Positions 18,654-26,663 are shown, counted from the stretch's first letter. The stretch: 32,000 bases of DNA from Candidatus Saccharimonas sp. (GCA_015256915.3 CP076101.2:240001-272000), one strand, 5' to 3'. Numbers and translations are program-made. Notes: generated by a model not told the origin, from the sequence alone.

Positions 18654-18684
18654 AAAATCAGCCTCAAATTCGAAGGCTGATTTT
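18654..18684. terminator. Bidirectional terminator
   Basis: aaaatcagcct-caaattcga-aggctgatttt lies between convergent genes. Confidence 0.65.
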
Positions 18685-18685
18685 A

Positions 18686-20086
18686 TTAGTTATATTCCCA
18701 AAAACTCTTTTTCGGCGTATCTCGTAAAACAATATTTTTCGAAAGCAATTCATCGCGAATTTTGTCACTTTTCACCCAATCTTTTTCAGTACGAGCGGCA
18801 TTTCTTTCGATAATCTTCTGTTTAATTTCGTCTGGAATATCTGGCGTTGAACCAAGCAGATTTAGCCCCAAAAGATCGTCTATAAATTCTAAAAGTTCAA
18901 TTAGATTTTGGTGATTTAGTTTTTCAGGGTTTGCTTTAATTATTTCACTAAAAACTTCATCAATTTTTGCTAAAGCTTTTGGCGTGTCGAGATTTTCATT
19001 AATTTCTTCAAGAATTGCATTTTTAGCAGCAAGGCTTGGAATTTCCCCTTCGCTTCCTTTAATTTGCCAACGCATATTTGCAATATTCTGCCAATTCTTG
19101 AGCCGATTCTTAGCTGCTTGCAGGCTTTCAAAATTAAAGTTGCTTTCGGTTTGATATTGGCTTTGTAAAACAAACATTTTAAAATCTATTGGCGAAAATC
19201 CGCGAGATTTCAGTTCTTCAAGGTTAAAGCCATTACCAAGTGATTTCGAAATTTTCTGCCCTTCACTTTTCATATGATTGCAATGCAGCCAATAATTCGA
19301 AAAAGTCTTGCCTGTGAAGGTTTCACTTTGAGCAATCTCGTCTGTGTGATGAACTGGGATATGGTCAATTCCGCCAGTGTGAATATCGATCGTTTCACCT
19401 AAAGTATTAATCGCAATAGCCGAGCATTCCAGATGCCAACCAGGGAAACCCATCCTTCCATAAAATTCCCATTCCATGTCGCGTTTTTGGTCTTCTGGCG
19501 ACCATTTCCAAAGTGCAAAATCGCTTAAATTTCGCTTCTCAGGGTTGAAATTTACGCGTGCGCCAGCTTTTAAATTATCTAAATCAAGATGTGCAAAATT
19601 GGCGTAACGAGGGAATTTTGCTGTATCGAAATAAATTCCATCACTGGTCTCATAGGTAAAACCTTTTTTTGAAAGTTCTTCAATAATTTTAATTTGTTCA
19701 GGAATAAAATCGGTAGCTTTTGAAAGATTCTCGGGTTTAACTAAATGGAGTTCTCGCATTCCATTCAAAAATTCTGCCGTATAAAATTCAGCAACTTCCC
19801 AAGCTGTTTTTCCTTCTCGCCTTGCGCCTTTTTCTAGCTTGTCTTCGCCATCATCTTCATCGCTAACTAAATGTCCAACATCAGTAATATTCATCGTGCG
19901 AGTAACATTATAGCCGTTTAAACGCAAAGTTCGAACTAGAATATCCCAATAGATAAATGCTACCCAGTTGCCAATGTGTGGGCTGGCGTAAACTGTTGGC
20001 CCACAAGTGTAAATTTTAACATTTTTTGGGTTTATTGGGTGAAATTCTTCAAGTTTTCGATTTGGCGTATTGTAGAATTTTAGCAT
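18686..20086 (-). CDS. cysS: Cysteine--tRNA ligase
   Basis: HIGN (HIGH) and KISKS (KMSKS) motifs, a WHLEC block, 466 aa. Confidence 0.95.
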   Translation of the reverse strand: MLKFYNTPNRKLEEFHPINPKNVKIYTCGPTVYASPHIGNWVAFIYWDILVRTLRLNGYNVTRTMNITDVGHLVSDEDDGEDKLEKGARREGKTAWEVAEFYTAEFLNGMRELHLVKPENLSKATDFIPEQIKIIEELSKKGFTYETSDGIYFDTAKFPRYANFAHLDLDNLKAGARVNFNPEKRNLSDFALWKWSPEDQKRDMEWEFYGRMGFPGWHLECSAIAINTLGETIDIHTGGIDHIPVHHTDEIAQSETFTGKTFSNYWLHCNHMKSEGQKISKSLGNGFNLEELKSRGFSPIDFKMFVLQSQYQTESNFNFESLQAAKNRLKNWQNIANMRWQIKGSEGEIPSLAAKNAILEEINENLDTPKALAKIDEVFSEIIKANPEKLNHQNLIELLEFIDDLLGLNLLGSTPDIPDEIKQKIIERNAARTEKDWVKSDKIRDELLSKNIVLRDTPKKSFWEYN

Positions 20087-20095
20087 ATTGAAACT

Positions 20096-20124
20096 ATTAT
20101 ATCAGATTTAGCTTTCGAAATCAA
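20096..20124 (-). promoter_or_regulatory. cysS promoter TTGATT-N17-TGaTATAAT, 9 nt from the ATG
   Basis: Read on the minus strand, with no Shine-Dalgarno. Confidence 0.5.
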
Positions 20125-20150
20125 AAAGAAAAACCCGCCGAACGGGCGAG
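20121..20150 (-). terminator. Short GC hairpin plus T-run downstream of rplA
   Basis: The minus strand reads ctcgcccgttcggcgggtttttcttttt. The stem is only 4-5 bp. Confidence 0.4.
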
Positions 20151-20169
20151 CTTTTCGAAAGGCTTAAAA

Positions 20170-21207
20170 TTAAGCAATTGGATTTTCGGTTTTAATGCTT
20201 GGACCTTGTGAGGTTGCGATTGAAACGCTTTTCACGTAAGCACCTTTGATTGAAGATGGCTTTTGTGAAGCAAGACTATCAAAGAATGCTTTTGCATTTT
20301 CTTCAAGTTTTTCTGCTCCGAATGAAACTTTACCAATTGAAAGGTGAACGATTGCTTGCTTGTCTACGCGGTATTCAACCTTACCGGCTTTAGCTTCAGA
20401 AACGGCTTTTGCCACGTCAGCGGCAACAGTTCCAGCTTTTGGATTTGGCATTAGTCCGCGTGGACCAAGAAGTCGTGCATATTTACCAAGTTTTGGCATA
20501 TATGCTGGAGTTGCGATAAGAACATCGAAATTCAATTCTTCTTTGTCAAGTTGTTTTAGGAATTCTTCATCACCAACAATATTTGCGCCAGCATCTTTTG
20601 CAGTTTTGTGCTCATTTTCTGGAGCAAACACAGCAACTTTCACATCTTTACCTGTTCCGTTTGGTAGAATAACTGTTGAACGAATATTTTGGTCAGCTTG
20701 TCGTGGGTCAACACCGAGTCGAGCGTGAATTTCAACTGAAGCGTCAAATTTAGCTGGGTTAGTTTCTGTTGCAAGTTTAAGAGCTTCGTTTAGGTTGTAA
20801 ACAGTATCTTTTTCAACTTTTTTAGCAGCTTCTTGGTATTTTTTACCTCGTCGTTCAATTCGTGGTCGTGTAATTGGTTTTGGACCTTTTTTAACAACTG
20901 CTTCAGAACCATCAAGTGGAGTTGTGTCACCAGCAGCTTTTCGAGCTTCTTTTGCTTCTTTTTCAGCAACTTCCTCGGCGTGTTTTTTGCTTCGTTTTCC
21001 GCTTTTTGCGAATTTTTCTTCAGCAATTTCTTCGACAACTTCTTCTAATGCTTCTATAGTTTCAACCGCTTCAACAATTTCTTCTGCGATCTCAGCAGCT
21101 TTAACACCTTTGATTGCTTCGTTAATTTGAGCGATTGTCATTTTTTCAGAAACTTCAAGCCCAAGAGCTTTAGCTTCTTCTATAAGATCGGCTTTTTTCT
21201 TTGCCAT
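20170..21207 (-). CDS. rplA: 50S ribosomal protein L1 with an N-terminal extension of about 115 aa
   Basis: The core FDASVEIHARLGVDPRQADQNIRSTVILPNGTGKDVKVAVFA is a classic L1 sequence. The start MAKKK at 21207 follows GAAAGGA. The extension has a helical KADLIEEAKALGLEV segment and then acidic and basic low-complexity runs. Confidence 0.9.
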   Translation of the reverse strand: MAKKKADLIEEAKALGLEVSEKMTIAQINEAIKGVKAAEIAEEIVEAVETIEALEEVVEEIAEEKFAKSGKRSKKHAEEVAEKEAKEARKAAGDTTPLDGSEAVVKKGPKPITRPRIERRGKKYQEAAKKVEKDTVYNLNEALKLATETNPAKFDASVEIHARLGVDPRQADQNIRSTVILPNGTGKDVKVAVFAPENEHKTAKDAGANIVGDEEFLKQLDKEELNFDVLIATPAYMPKLGKYARLLGPRGLMPNPKAGTVAADVAKAVSEAKAGKVEYRVDKQAIVHLSIGKVSFGAEKLEENAKAFFDSLASQKPSSIKGAYVKSVSIATSQGPSIKTENPIA

Positions 21208-21269
21208 TTTCTTATCCTTTCTGTGGTAATAACGGCTTGCGCCTCCCAACATTGATTATTAACCTTTTA

Positions 21270-21298
21270 ATTATAACAATTTTTTGAGAAAAAGTCAA
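21270..21298 (-). promoter_or_regulatory. rplA promoter TTGACT-N17-TATAAT
   Basis: Near-consensus hexamers immediately after the yhgE-like stop. A leader of about 55 nt follows. Confidence 0.6.
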
Positions 21299-21300
21299 AA

Positions 21301-23307
21301 CTAAATTTTATTACTAGAAAGAGTTTTGTTTTCGTTAGAGCTCATTTTAACATAATATGCCAATAAGCTTATAATACTGAAAATTAAACCAAAAATAATT
21401 AAACTAAAGATGGAGCTTTCGAAAATTGGTTGAGACAATCCGCCTAATATTGCTTGCCTGAAAGCTGTTAGTGAATAGTAAAGTGGCATAAATGGCGCCA
21501 TGTTTTGGAAAATTTGAGGTGTTGTTACAATTGGGAACATTCCTCCGCTACTTGCAAGCTGTAAAATCATGAAAACTATTGAGGCGAACTGACCAACTCT
21601 GCCGAAAGCAAACATTAATGCATGAACAATCAAAAGGAATGAAAATGCCGAAACATAAGAATTCAAAACAAAAGAATTTATATCCGCAGGCGAAATATTG
21701 AATATCCCACTAAAAATAATTGTGAGAACTAAAGTTTCAGCTCCAGCAAAGCCAGCCATAATCCCTACCCTTGAAAGCCACCATTTAAATGCTGAACGAT
21801 TCTTTTTTGGCTTATTTTGGATTGGAAACGCAATATTAAACGAAATCGCCCCAACAAACAAACCTAATGCGATGAAATATGGAGCCATTGCTTTTCCGTA
21901 TGTTGCATCTCCAGAATTATTTGAAATTTCACTTTTAACAGGTGTTGCGATATTTTTAGCAGACTCATCTGAGAAATTGATTTTCGAAAGTTTTTCTGCG
22001 CCGGATGAAAGTTGCGAAGTCAATAGATTTGAACCATCTTGTAGTTTTGCAGCGCCGGAATTTAGTGTGTTTATTCCTGAATTTAAAGTGTTAATTCCGC
22101 CCAAAAGTTGAGCTGTACTTTCAGTGATTTTTTGTTCATTAGTTTTGAGTTCGTTCATTTTTGTTGAGAAAGTTGCAACTCCGGTTGAAAGCTGTTTTTC
22201 GCCCGCTAGAATTAAATTATGCGAATTTTGTATTTTGCGTGAATTTTGCGCCAAGCTTTGTGCGGCTGGAACAATTTTTTGCGAAAATTGCGTTTGTAAG
22301 TTTTGCGATTTTTTAGCATTTTTTTGGACATCAGCGGTAATATTCTTTACTGAATCCGCCAGTTTATTGGCAAAATCTTTAATATTCTGATCACTAGTTT
22401 GTTCAGCTAAAATACGCATTTCTTCCACTTTTTGATTTAATTCCGATAAGTGTTCACTTTGATTTTTTGCGTCAGAATTGTCGCTTATTGCAGAGTTTAG
22501 TGTGCTTAAACCATTCGAAAATTCTTCACTTTTGGCTGAAAAATCTTGTAATCCCTTTTGTAAGTTTTCGCTATTTTGGCTTAAGAGATTGGTTTTGTTT
22601 GAAATTTCAGTTGCACTAAAAGCAAGTTTATCGCTCGCTTCGGCCATTTTCTGGTTTGCTGAATTTAATTTTTCTGCGCCATTTTTTAGTTTTATAACTC
22701 CAGAATTTGCCGAATTTAAACCATTCTCTAAACTACCAATCCCGTTTGAGATTTGTTCTGAACCGTTCGCTGCTTTCGAAAAACCATTTTGAACATTTGA
22801 AAGTTGAGAGAGTAAAATCTTACTGTAGTTTTCACTAATTTTCACTCGAACCTGTTCGCTCAGTTTTTGTGCGGCGTTGGTTGAAATCACTTCGCCAGAT
22901 TTACTTTTTGAAACATTTGTCTTAAATGAAATATTCACTTTTTGTGGATTTTCTCCCAAAAAACTAACTGAATTTTTCGAAAAATCTTTTGGAATATATA
23001 CAATCATGAAAGTATCGCCATCAGTCAAATCTTTCTCAGCTGTTTTTAAATCCGTAAACTGCCAGTTTAAAGTTCTTGATTGCTTAAGATTGTCACTAAT
23101 TTTGTTGCCAAGTTCAATATTTTGACCATTAAAAATGACAGGTTCATCTTCGTTTACTACTGATATCTTTAGATTTTCGATTTTTGAATAAGGATCCCAG
23201 ATTGATGCCAAAAAAGTTCCAGCATAAATAACAGGAATAAAACTTACTATAAATAAAGTGGCTAGAAGCACACGATTTTGCTTTATTTTTCTAAAATATT
23301 TCTTCAT
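21301..23307 (-). CDS. YhgE/Pip domain membrane protein
   Basis: N-terminal TM, a long Asn/Ser/Gln-rich coiled region with LNSG.. repeats, and a C-terminal multi-TM ABC-2-like domain. Confidence 0.75.
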   Translation of the reverse strand: MKKYFRKIKQNRVLLATLFIVSFIPVIYAGTFLASIWDPYSKIENLKISVVNEDEPVIFNGQNIELGNKISDNLKQSRTLNWQFTDLKTAEKDLTDGDTFMIVYIPKDFSKNSVSFLGENPQKVNISFKTNVSKSKSGEVISTNAAQKLSEQVRVKISENYSKILLSQLSNVQNGFSKAANGSEQISNGIGSLENGLNSANSGVIKLKNGAEKLNSANQKMAEASDKLAFSATEISNKTNLLSQNSENLQKGLQDFSAKSEEFSNGLSTLNSAISDNSDAKNQSEHLSELNQKVEEMRILAEQTSDQNIKDFANKLADSVKNITADVQKNAKKSQNLQTQFSQKIVPAAQSLAQNSRKIQNSHNLILAGEKQLSTGVATFSTKMNELKTNEQKITESTAQLLGGINTLNSGINTLNSGAAKLQDGSNLLTSQLSSGAEKLSKINFSDESAKNIATPVKSEISNNSGDATYGKAMAPYFIALGLFVGAISFNIAFPIQNKPKKNRSAFKWWLSRVGIMAGFAGAETLVLTIIFSGIFNISPADINSFVLNSYVSAFSFLLIVHALMFAFGRVGQFASIVFMILQLASSGGMFPIVTTPQIFQNMAPFMPLYYSLTAFRQAILGGLSQPIFESSIFSLIIFGLIFSIISLLAYYVKMSSNENKTLSSNKI

Positions 23308-23349
23308 CTTCCTCCTAATAAAATAGTTGTATTTGTCAATGATTACTCT

Positions 23350-23378
23350 ATTGTATAAAATATTGTTGTAAAAGTCAA
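23350..23378 (-). promoter_or_regulatory. Promoter of the YhgE/Pip gene (TTGACT-N17-TACAAT)
   Basis: Read on the minus strand. The -35 lies inside the palindrome 23360..23384. AGGAGG Shine-Dalgarno before the ATG. Confidence 0.5.
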
Positions 23379-23384
23379 CAATAT
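23360..23384. promoter_or_regulatory. Perfect 9-bp-arm palindrome ATATTGTTG-N7-CAACAATAT, candidate MarR operator
   Basis: It sits in the 93-bp divergent spacer, overlaps the yhgE -35 and lies just upstream of the marR -10. Confidence 0.5.
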
Positions 23385-23385
23385 T

Positions 23386-23394
23386 TGGTATACT
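23386..23394 (+). promoter_or_regulatory. Extended -10 (TGgTATACT), 6 nt from the marR ATG
   Basis: tggtatact-tatttt-ATG with no Shine-Dalgarno. Confidence 0.45.
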
Positions 23395-23400
23395 TATTTT

Positions 23401-23826
23401 ATGGAAGAAAAGATTCTTGATTTATTGCAAAAAATTAATACAATTTATCGCTCGGCACAAAAATATGCAACACGCGAGCTTTCTAAAAATGATATTTCGG
23501 CTATTGAGGCTGCAATTTTAACCAAAATTTATAATTCTTCTGCTCCGCAAGATGAAATCTCTAAAGAAATTGGTGTTGATAAGGCCTATATTTCGCGAGT
23601 TTTAGTTAAAATGGAAGAGAAAAAATTAATTTTAAAGAAAAACTCACAGAAAGATAAGCGAATTCGTGAAATTGAAATTACAAAACTAGGTAAAGAAAAG
23701 CTAAACATTCGGCAGCAAATTCTAGTTAAATGGTGTGAAGAAACCTTTGGTGATATTTCTTTAAAAGAACTGAATCTATTAACCGAAGCGATTGAGATTA
23801 TCTCAAATAAGGCAAATGAAAAGTGA
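23401..23826 (+). CDS. MarR family transcriptional regulator
   Basis: 141 aa with a winged-HTH core (QDEISKEIGVDKAYISRVLVKMEEKKLILKKNSQKDKR). Confidence 0.8.
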   Translation: MEEKILDLLQKINTIYRSAQKYATRELSKNDISAIEAAILTKIYNSSAPQDEISKEIGVDKAYISRVLVKMEEKKLILKKNSQKDKRIREIEITKLGKEKLNIRQQILVKWCEETFGDISLKELNLLTEAIEIISNKANEK

Positions 23827-23863
23827 CCCTAAAATACAATAGTTTTTGTTTTGAAAACTATAA

Positions 23864-23892
23864 TTGACTTTTTTGGTTGAATTTGGTAAAAT
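23864..23892 (+). promoter_or_regulatory. tRNA promoter TTGACT-N17-TGgTAAAAT
   Basis: The -10 hexamer ends 9 nt before the first base of the mature tRNA. Confidence 0.55.
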
Positions 23893-23901
23893 TATAACAT
23901 T

Positions 23902-23976
23902 GGCCTCATCGTCTAACGGTTAGGACACAAGGTTCTCATCCTTGCAATCGGGGTTCGATTCCCCGTGAGGTCACCA
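23902..23976 (+). tRNA. tRNA-Glu (anticodon CUC) with encoded CCA
   Basis: Hand-folded cloverleaf. Acceptor GGCCTCA/TGAGGTC with one G.U; D arm GTCT-AACGGTTA-GGAC; anticodon arm CAAGG-TTCTCAT-CCTTG; T arm CGGGG-TTCGATT-CCCCG; then A and CCA. Confidence 0.9.
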
Positions 23977-23987
23977 GAACGAGAATT

Positions 23988-24019
23988 AACTGCTTCATGT
24001 AAACGAAGCAGTTTTTTTT
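23988..24019 (+). terminator. Rho-independent terminator after the tRNA
   Basis: aactgcttc-atgtaaac-gaagcagtt followed by T8. Confidence 0.75.
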
Positions 24020-24231
24020 AGATCCCCGCATTCGTACAATTCTGCAAGGATATTTTTGTTGTTCCAATTGAGATGATTACTCTACGATTTAAAAAGATAG
24101 GAAGGAATAATGGATGCATATAAAGCAGAAAATGGAATTTTAAAAATAATAATATAAAGAACGATATAGATTTTATCGACGGTAAATGTTATTATAAAGG
24201 TAAAGAATTTGAGATAAAATAAGGAGTGATA

Positions 24232-24585
24232 ATGAATTTTAATGAATACCAAAATCAAGCTGTCCAAACAGATGTTGCACATGGCGCTACTACCAAATCT
24301 GCTCGCTACAATGGCTATATGGAAAAAGCTCTCGGGTTGGCTGGCGAAACTGGTGAAGTTTTAGAAATAATTAAGAAAATAATTCGAGACAAAGGCGGAG
24401 TTTTTGAAATTGCACAGGAAGACCGTGAGAAGCTTAGAAAAGAGCTTGGCGATGTTTTATGGTATCTTTCTGCCCTAGCCTTTTATAACGATATCAGGCT
24501 TGAAGATATCGCAAAAACTAATCTTGAAAAATTAGCTAGCCGACAACGGCGAGATAAGATTCATGGTAGTGGGGACGATCGATAA
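24232..24585 (+). CDS. MazG-like nucleotide pyrophosphohydrolase (small all-alpha NTP-PPase)
   Basis: LAGETGEVLEI and ELGDVLWYL metal-binding motifs. AAGGAG lies 6 nt before the ATG at 24232. Confidence 0.7.
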   Translation: MNFNEYQNQAVQTDVAHGATTKSARYNGYMEKALGLAGETGEVLEIIKKIIRDKGGVFEIAQEDREKLRKELGDVLWYLSALAFYNDIRLEDIAKTNLEKLASRQRRDKIHGSGDDR

Positions 24586-24607
24586 TAAATATGCAAACTA
24601 ACTATAA

Positions 24608-24643
24608 TATTCAAAATAACAACTTCGGGTGCTATTTTGAATA
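24608..24643. terminator. Perfect 11-bp hairpin between the MazG-like gene and the toxin remnant
   Basis: tattcaaaata-N14-tattttgaata. The stem is AT-only and lacks a clean T-run. Confidence 0.3.
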
Positions 24644-24654
24644 GTTAAGATTAA

Positions 24655-24914
24655 CTAGTACTTGTAGATTTCTAGTCTATAGTCAATAAAGGCAATATAA
24701 AACACGCTATTAGATTCGGAATATACCACTATTAACCTATAACTGGTGTCATAGAATCGCAAAATATCAACATGTTTAATATCATTACTAAAATATTCAT
24801 ACGGTGGTTTTTTCTTGAGTTGACTTACTAATATCTGTTAAATATCAATTGTTCTACGATCGGTTGACTATAAATCGCTATATGATATAGCACTCTATCC
24901 GCCAATTCTTCCAG
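24655..24914 (-). pseudogene. Frameshifted RelE/ParE-superfamily toxin remnant
   Basis: The minus-strand frame 24837..24655 reads QILVSQLKKKPPYEYFSNDIKHVDILRFYDTSYRLIVVYSESNSVFYIAFIDYRLEIYKY*. It has no start codon and is preceded by TAA. An N-terminal piece, (V)LYHIAIYSQPIVEQLIFNRY*, lies in another frame at 24914..24828. Only a tail of about 13 codons of a possible antitoxin remains upstream. Confidence 0.5.
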
Positions 24915-25050
24915 TTAGAGCTTTAGCCTCTTAATATTTTTTACCATCTCATCTAGTCAAAATTTTTTATGAACTTAACTGAAATAAAAAGCTTAATCAA
25001 TAGATTAAAAAATTATTTATCGATAATCTTAGTTAAGCTTTATATATTTT

Positions 25051-26028
25051 TTAGCCCAGAATTTTCCAGCAGCAATTAATTAATTCTTGCAAAGTTTCAT
25101 CATAATTCTCATAAATTCGAAAGCCTGCAGCATAAGCGTGACCGCCACCACCAAAATAGCCAGCGATATCGGCCGCAACTGGTGAATTCGTGCGAATTTT
25201 CCCTGTCAATTTACCATCTGGGTAGGTTTTTATAGCCACGCAAGCTTCTACACCTTCAACCATTCGCATTTCATCAATCACCAAAACACTTGGGTTATAC
25301 TTATCAGAGTATTCTTTAATCTCGCTCCATGGAATATGTACAACTGCTAATTTTCCATCTAAAAAATATTCAATTCGCTGAATTAGTTCTCCCTTATATT
25401 TTAAAATTTCAGGTGCTTTTTTCGAAAGTTCACGGCGATCCTCTTCAAGTTTGGCTGAATTTGCGCCAAGTTTTGTTAATTCGCCCGCAACTTCAAAAGT
25501 TCTGGCTGAAGTATTGCTCGTTGAAAGCCCAAGCGTGTCGCTAAAAATTGCTCCAAGTAAATTTTGTGCAGCGTTTTCATTAATTTTCCAGTGATTTGCT
25601 TTTGCAATTTCGAAAATTAATTCACCTGCTGAGCTAGCCTCTTCTAAAATTAATTCGTGTTTAAAAAACAAATCTGGTGTTGCATCGGTATGGTGATCAA
25701 TAACTAAAACTGGCGTTTTTTCAAGCAAGTTTTTATAAAGCGGGTCCTCAATTATTTTTGACAGTAGAATACTACTGGTTGTATCAACAATGATAAAAAG
25801 GTCAAATTTTTCATAAATTGAACTCTCCACTCTATCCCAGCCCTTAAAATATCGCAAATATTTAGGGATATCAACTGGACAGAAAAGTTTAACTTCTTTG
25901 CCTAACTTGCTTAAAATTTCTTCTAATCCTAAAGCTGACCCTAAACTATCGCCATCAGGGTTTTCAGCCTGAATAACGCAAATTTTTTCTGCATTTTCAA
26001 CTATTTTTTTTGTATTTTCGAAATTCAT
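25051..26028 (-). CDS. DHH family phosphoesterase (NrnA-like)
   Basis: DGDSLGS, VIDHHTD and GGGHAYAAG motifs. Confidence 0.8.
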   Translation of the reverse strand: MNFENTKKIVENAEKICVIQAENPDGDSLGSALGLEEILSKLGKEVKLFCPVDIPKYLRYFKGWDRVESSIYEKFDLFIIVDTTSSILLSKIIEDPLYKNLLEKTPVLVIDHHTDATPDLFFKHELILEEASSAGELIFEIAKANHWKINENAAQNLLGAIFSDTLGLSTSNTSARTFEVAGELTKLGANSAKLEEDRRELSKKAPEILKYKGELIQRIEYFLDGKLAVVHIPWSEIKEYSDKYNPSVLVIDEMRMVEGVEACVAIKTYPDGKLTGKIRTNSPVAADIAGYFGGGGHAYAAGFRIYENYDETLQELINCCWKILG

Positions 26029-26645
26029 TAAATTGCCTTTCGTCCTTCTAAAGCATGACTCAAAGTGATCTGGTCGGCATACTCCAAGTCAACACCTACT
26101 GGTAGACCGCGTGCAAGTCGTGAAATTATTAAGTTTTCGAAGCCTTTTTCGCGTAAATAATTCTGAATATAAAGTGCTGTGCTTTCGCCTTCAACGCTAG
26201 CGTTTGTTGCAATAATTATCTCTTGAACTTTATCTTTCAAAATTCTTTCAGCAAGCTCACGAATATGTAATTGATCGGGTGTGATTCCGTTAATTGGCGA
26301 AATAACCCCACCTAAAACATGGTAGGTTCCGTTAAAATGCTTTGTTTTTTCAAGGGCGATAATGTCTAGAGGCTCCTCAACAACCGCAATTAGTTTTTTA
26401 TTGCGAGTTTCATCAGCATAAAGTGGTGAAATTTCTTCATCTTTTGAAATCAATGCAAAAGTTATAGGGCAGCTTTTAACATTTTTATGTAAATTTAAAA
26501 GACTATCGGCAATTTTTTTACTTATAGTAGCATTATTTTTTAGTAAATAGTAAGCATAGCGTTCGGCTGTTCGCGAGCCGACGCCAGGGAGCTTGCCGAG
26601 ATTTTCGATAGTTTCAGTTAATGCTTGAGGTAGAATTTGTGACAT
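26028..26645 (-). CDS. recR: Recombination protein RecR
   Basis: LPGVGSRTAERYAYYLL helix-hairpin-helix, Toprim block LIAVVEEPLDIIALE, and the C-terminal GLPVGVDLEYADQITLSHAL block. Confidence 0.9.
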   Translation of the reverse strand: MSQILPQALTETIENLGKLPGVGSRTAERYAYYLLKNNATISKKIADSLLNLHKNVKSCPITFALISKDEEISPLYADETRNKKLIAVVEEPLDIIALEKTKHFNGTYHVLGGVISPINGITPDQLHIRELAERILKDKVQEIIIATNASVEGESTALYIQNYLREKGFENLIISRLARGLPVGVDLEYADQITLSHALEGRKAI

Positions 26646-26663
26646 TTTTCTCTTTCGAAAAGA

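Noticed and set aside
21900-22900. Repetitive DNA in the middle of the yhgE-like gene, considered as a possible CRISPR or tandem-repeat array.
   Set aside because: The repeats are in-frame, degenerate coiled-coil units (LNSG.. motifs) typical of YhgE/Pip proteins. There is no regular repeat-spacer periodicity.
20360-23125. Numerous antisense or alternate-frame ORFs inside rplA and the yhgE-like gene (for example 20360..20728, 20790..21038, 21698..22111 and 22478..22792).
   Set aside because: They mirror low-complexity or repeat-rich coding sequence on the opposite strand, give Phe/Ser/Cys-rich junk translations, and have no start signals.
24082-24282. A 66-aa minus-strand ORF in the tRNA-flanking islet.
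   Set aside because: Its translation is extremely AT-driven and Ile/Phe/Tyr-rich. It overlaps the MazG-like start and Shine-Dalgarno, and it has no translation signals.
23977-25050. A direct repeat of the tRNA-Glu 3' end (att site) delimiting an integrated element.
   Set aside because: I searched by eye for segments of ggttcgattccccgtgaggtcacca and found none. Only a weak gatccccgc at about 24021 turned up. The islet therefore remains a composition and content argument.
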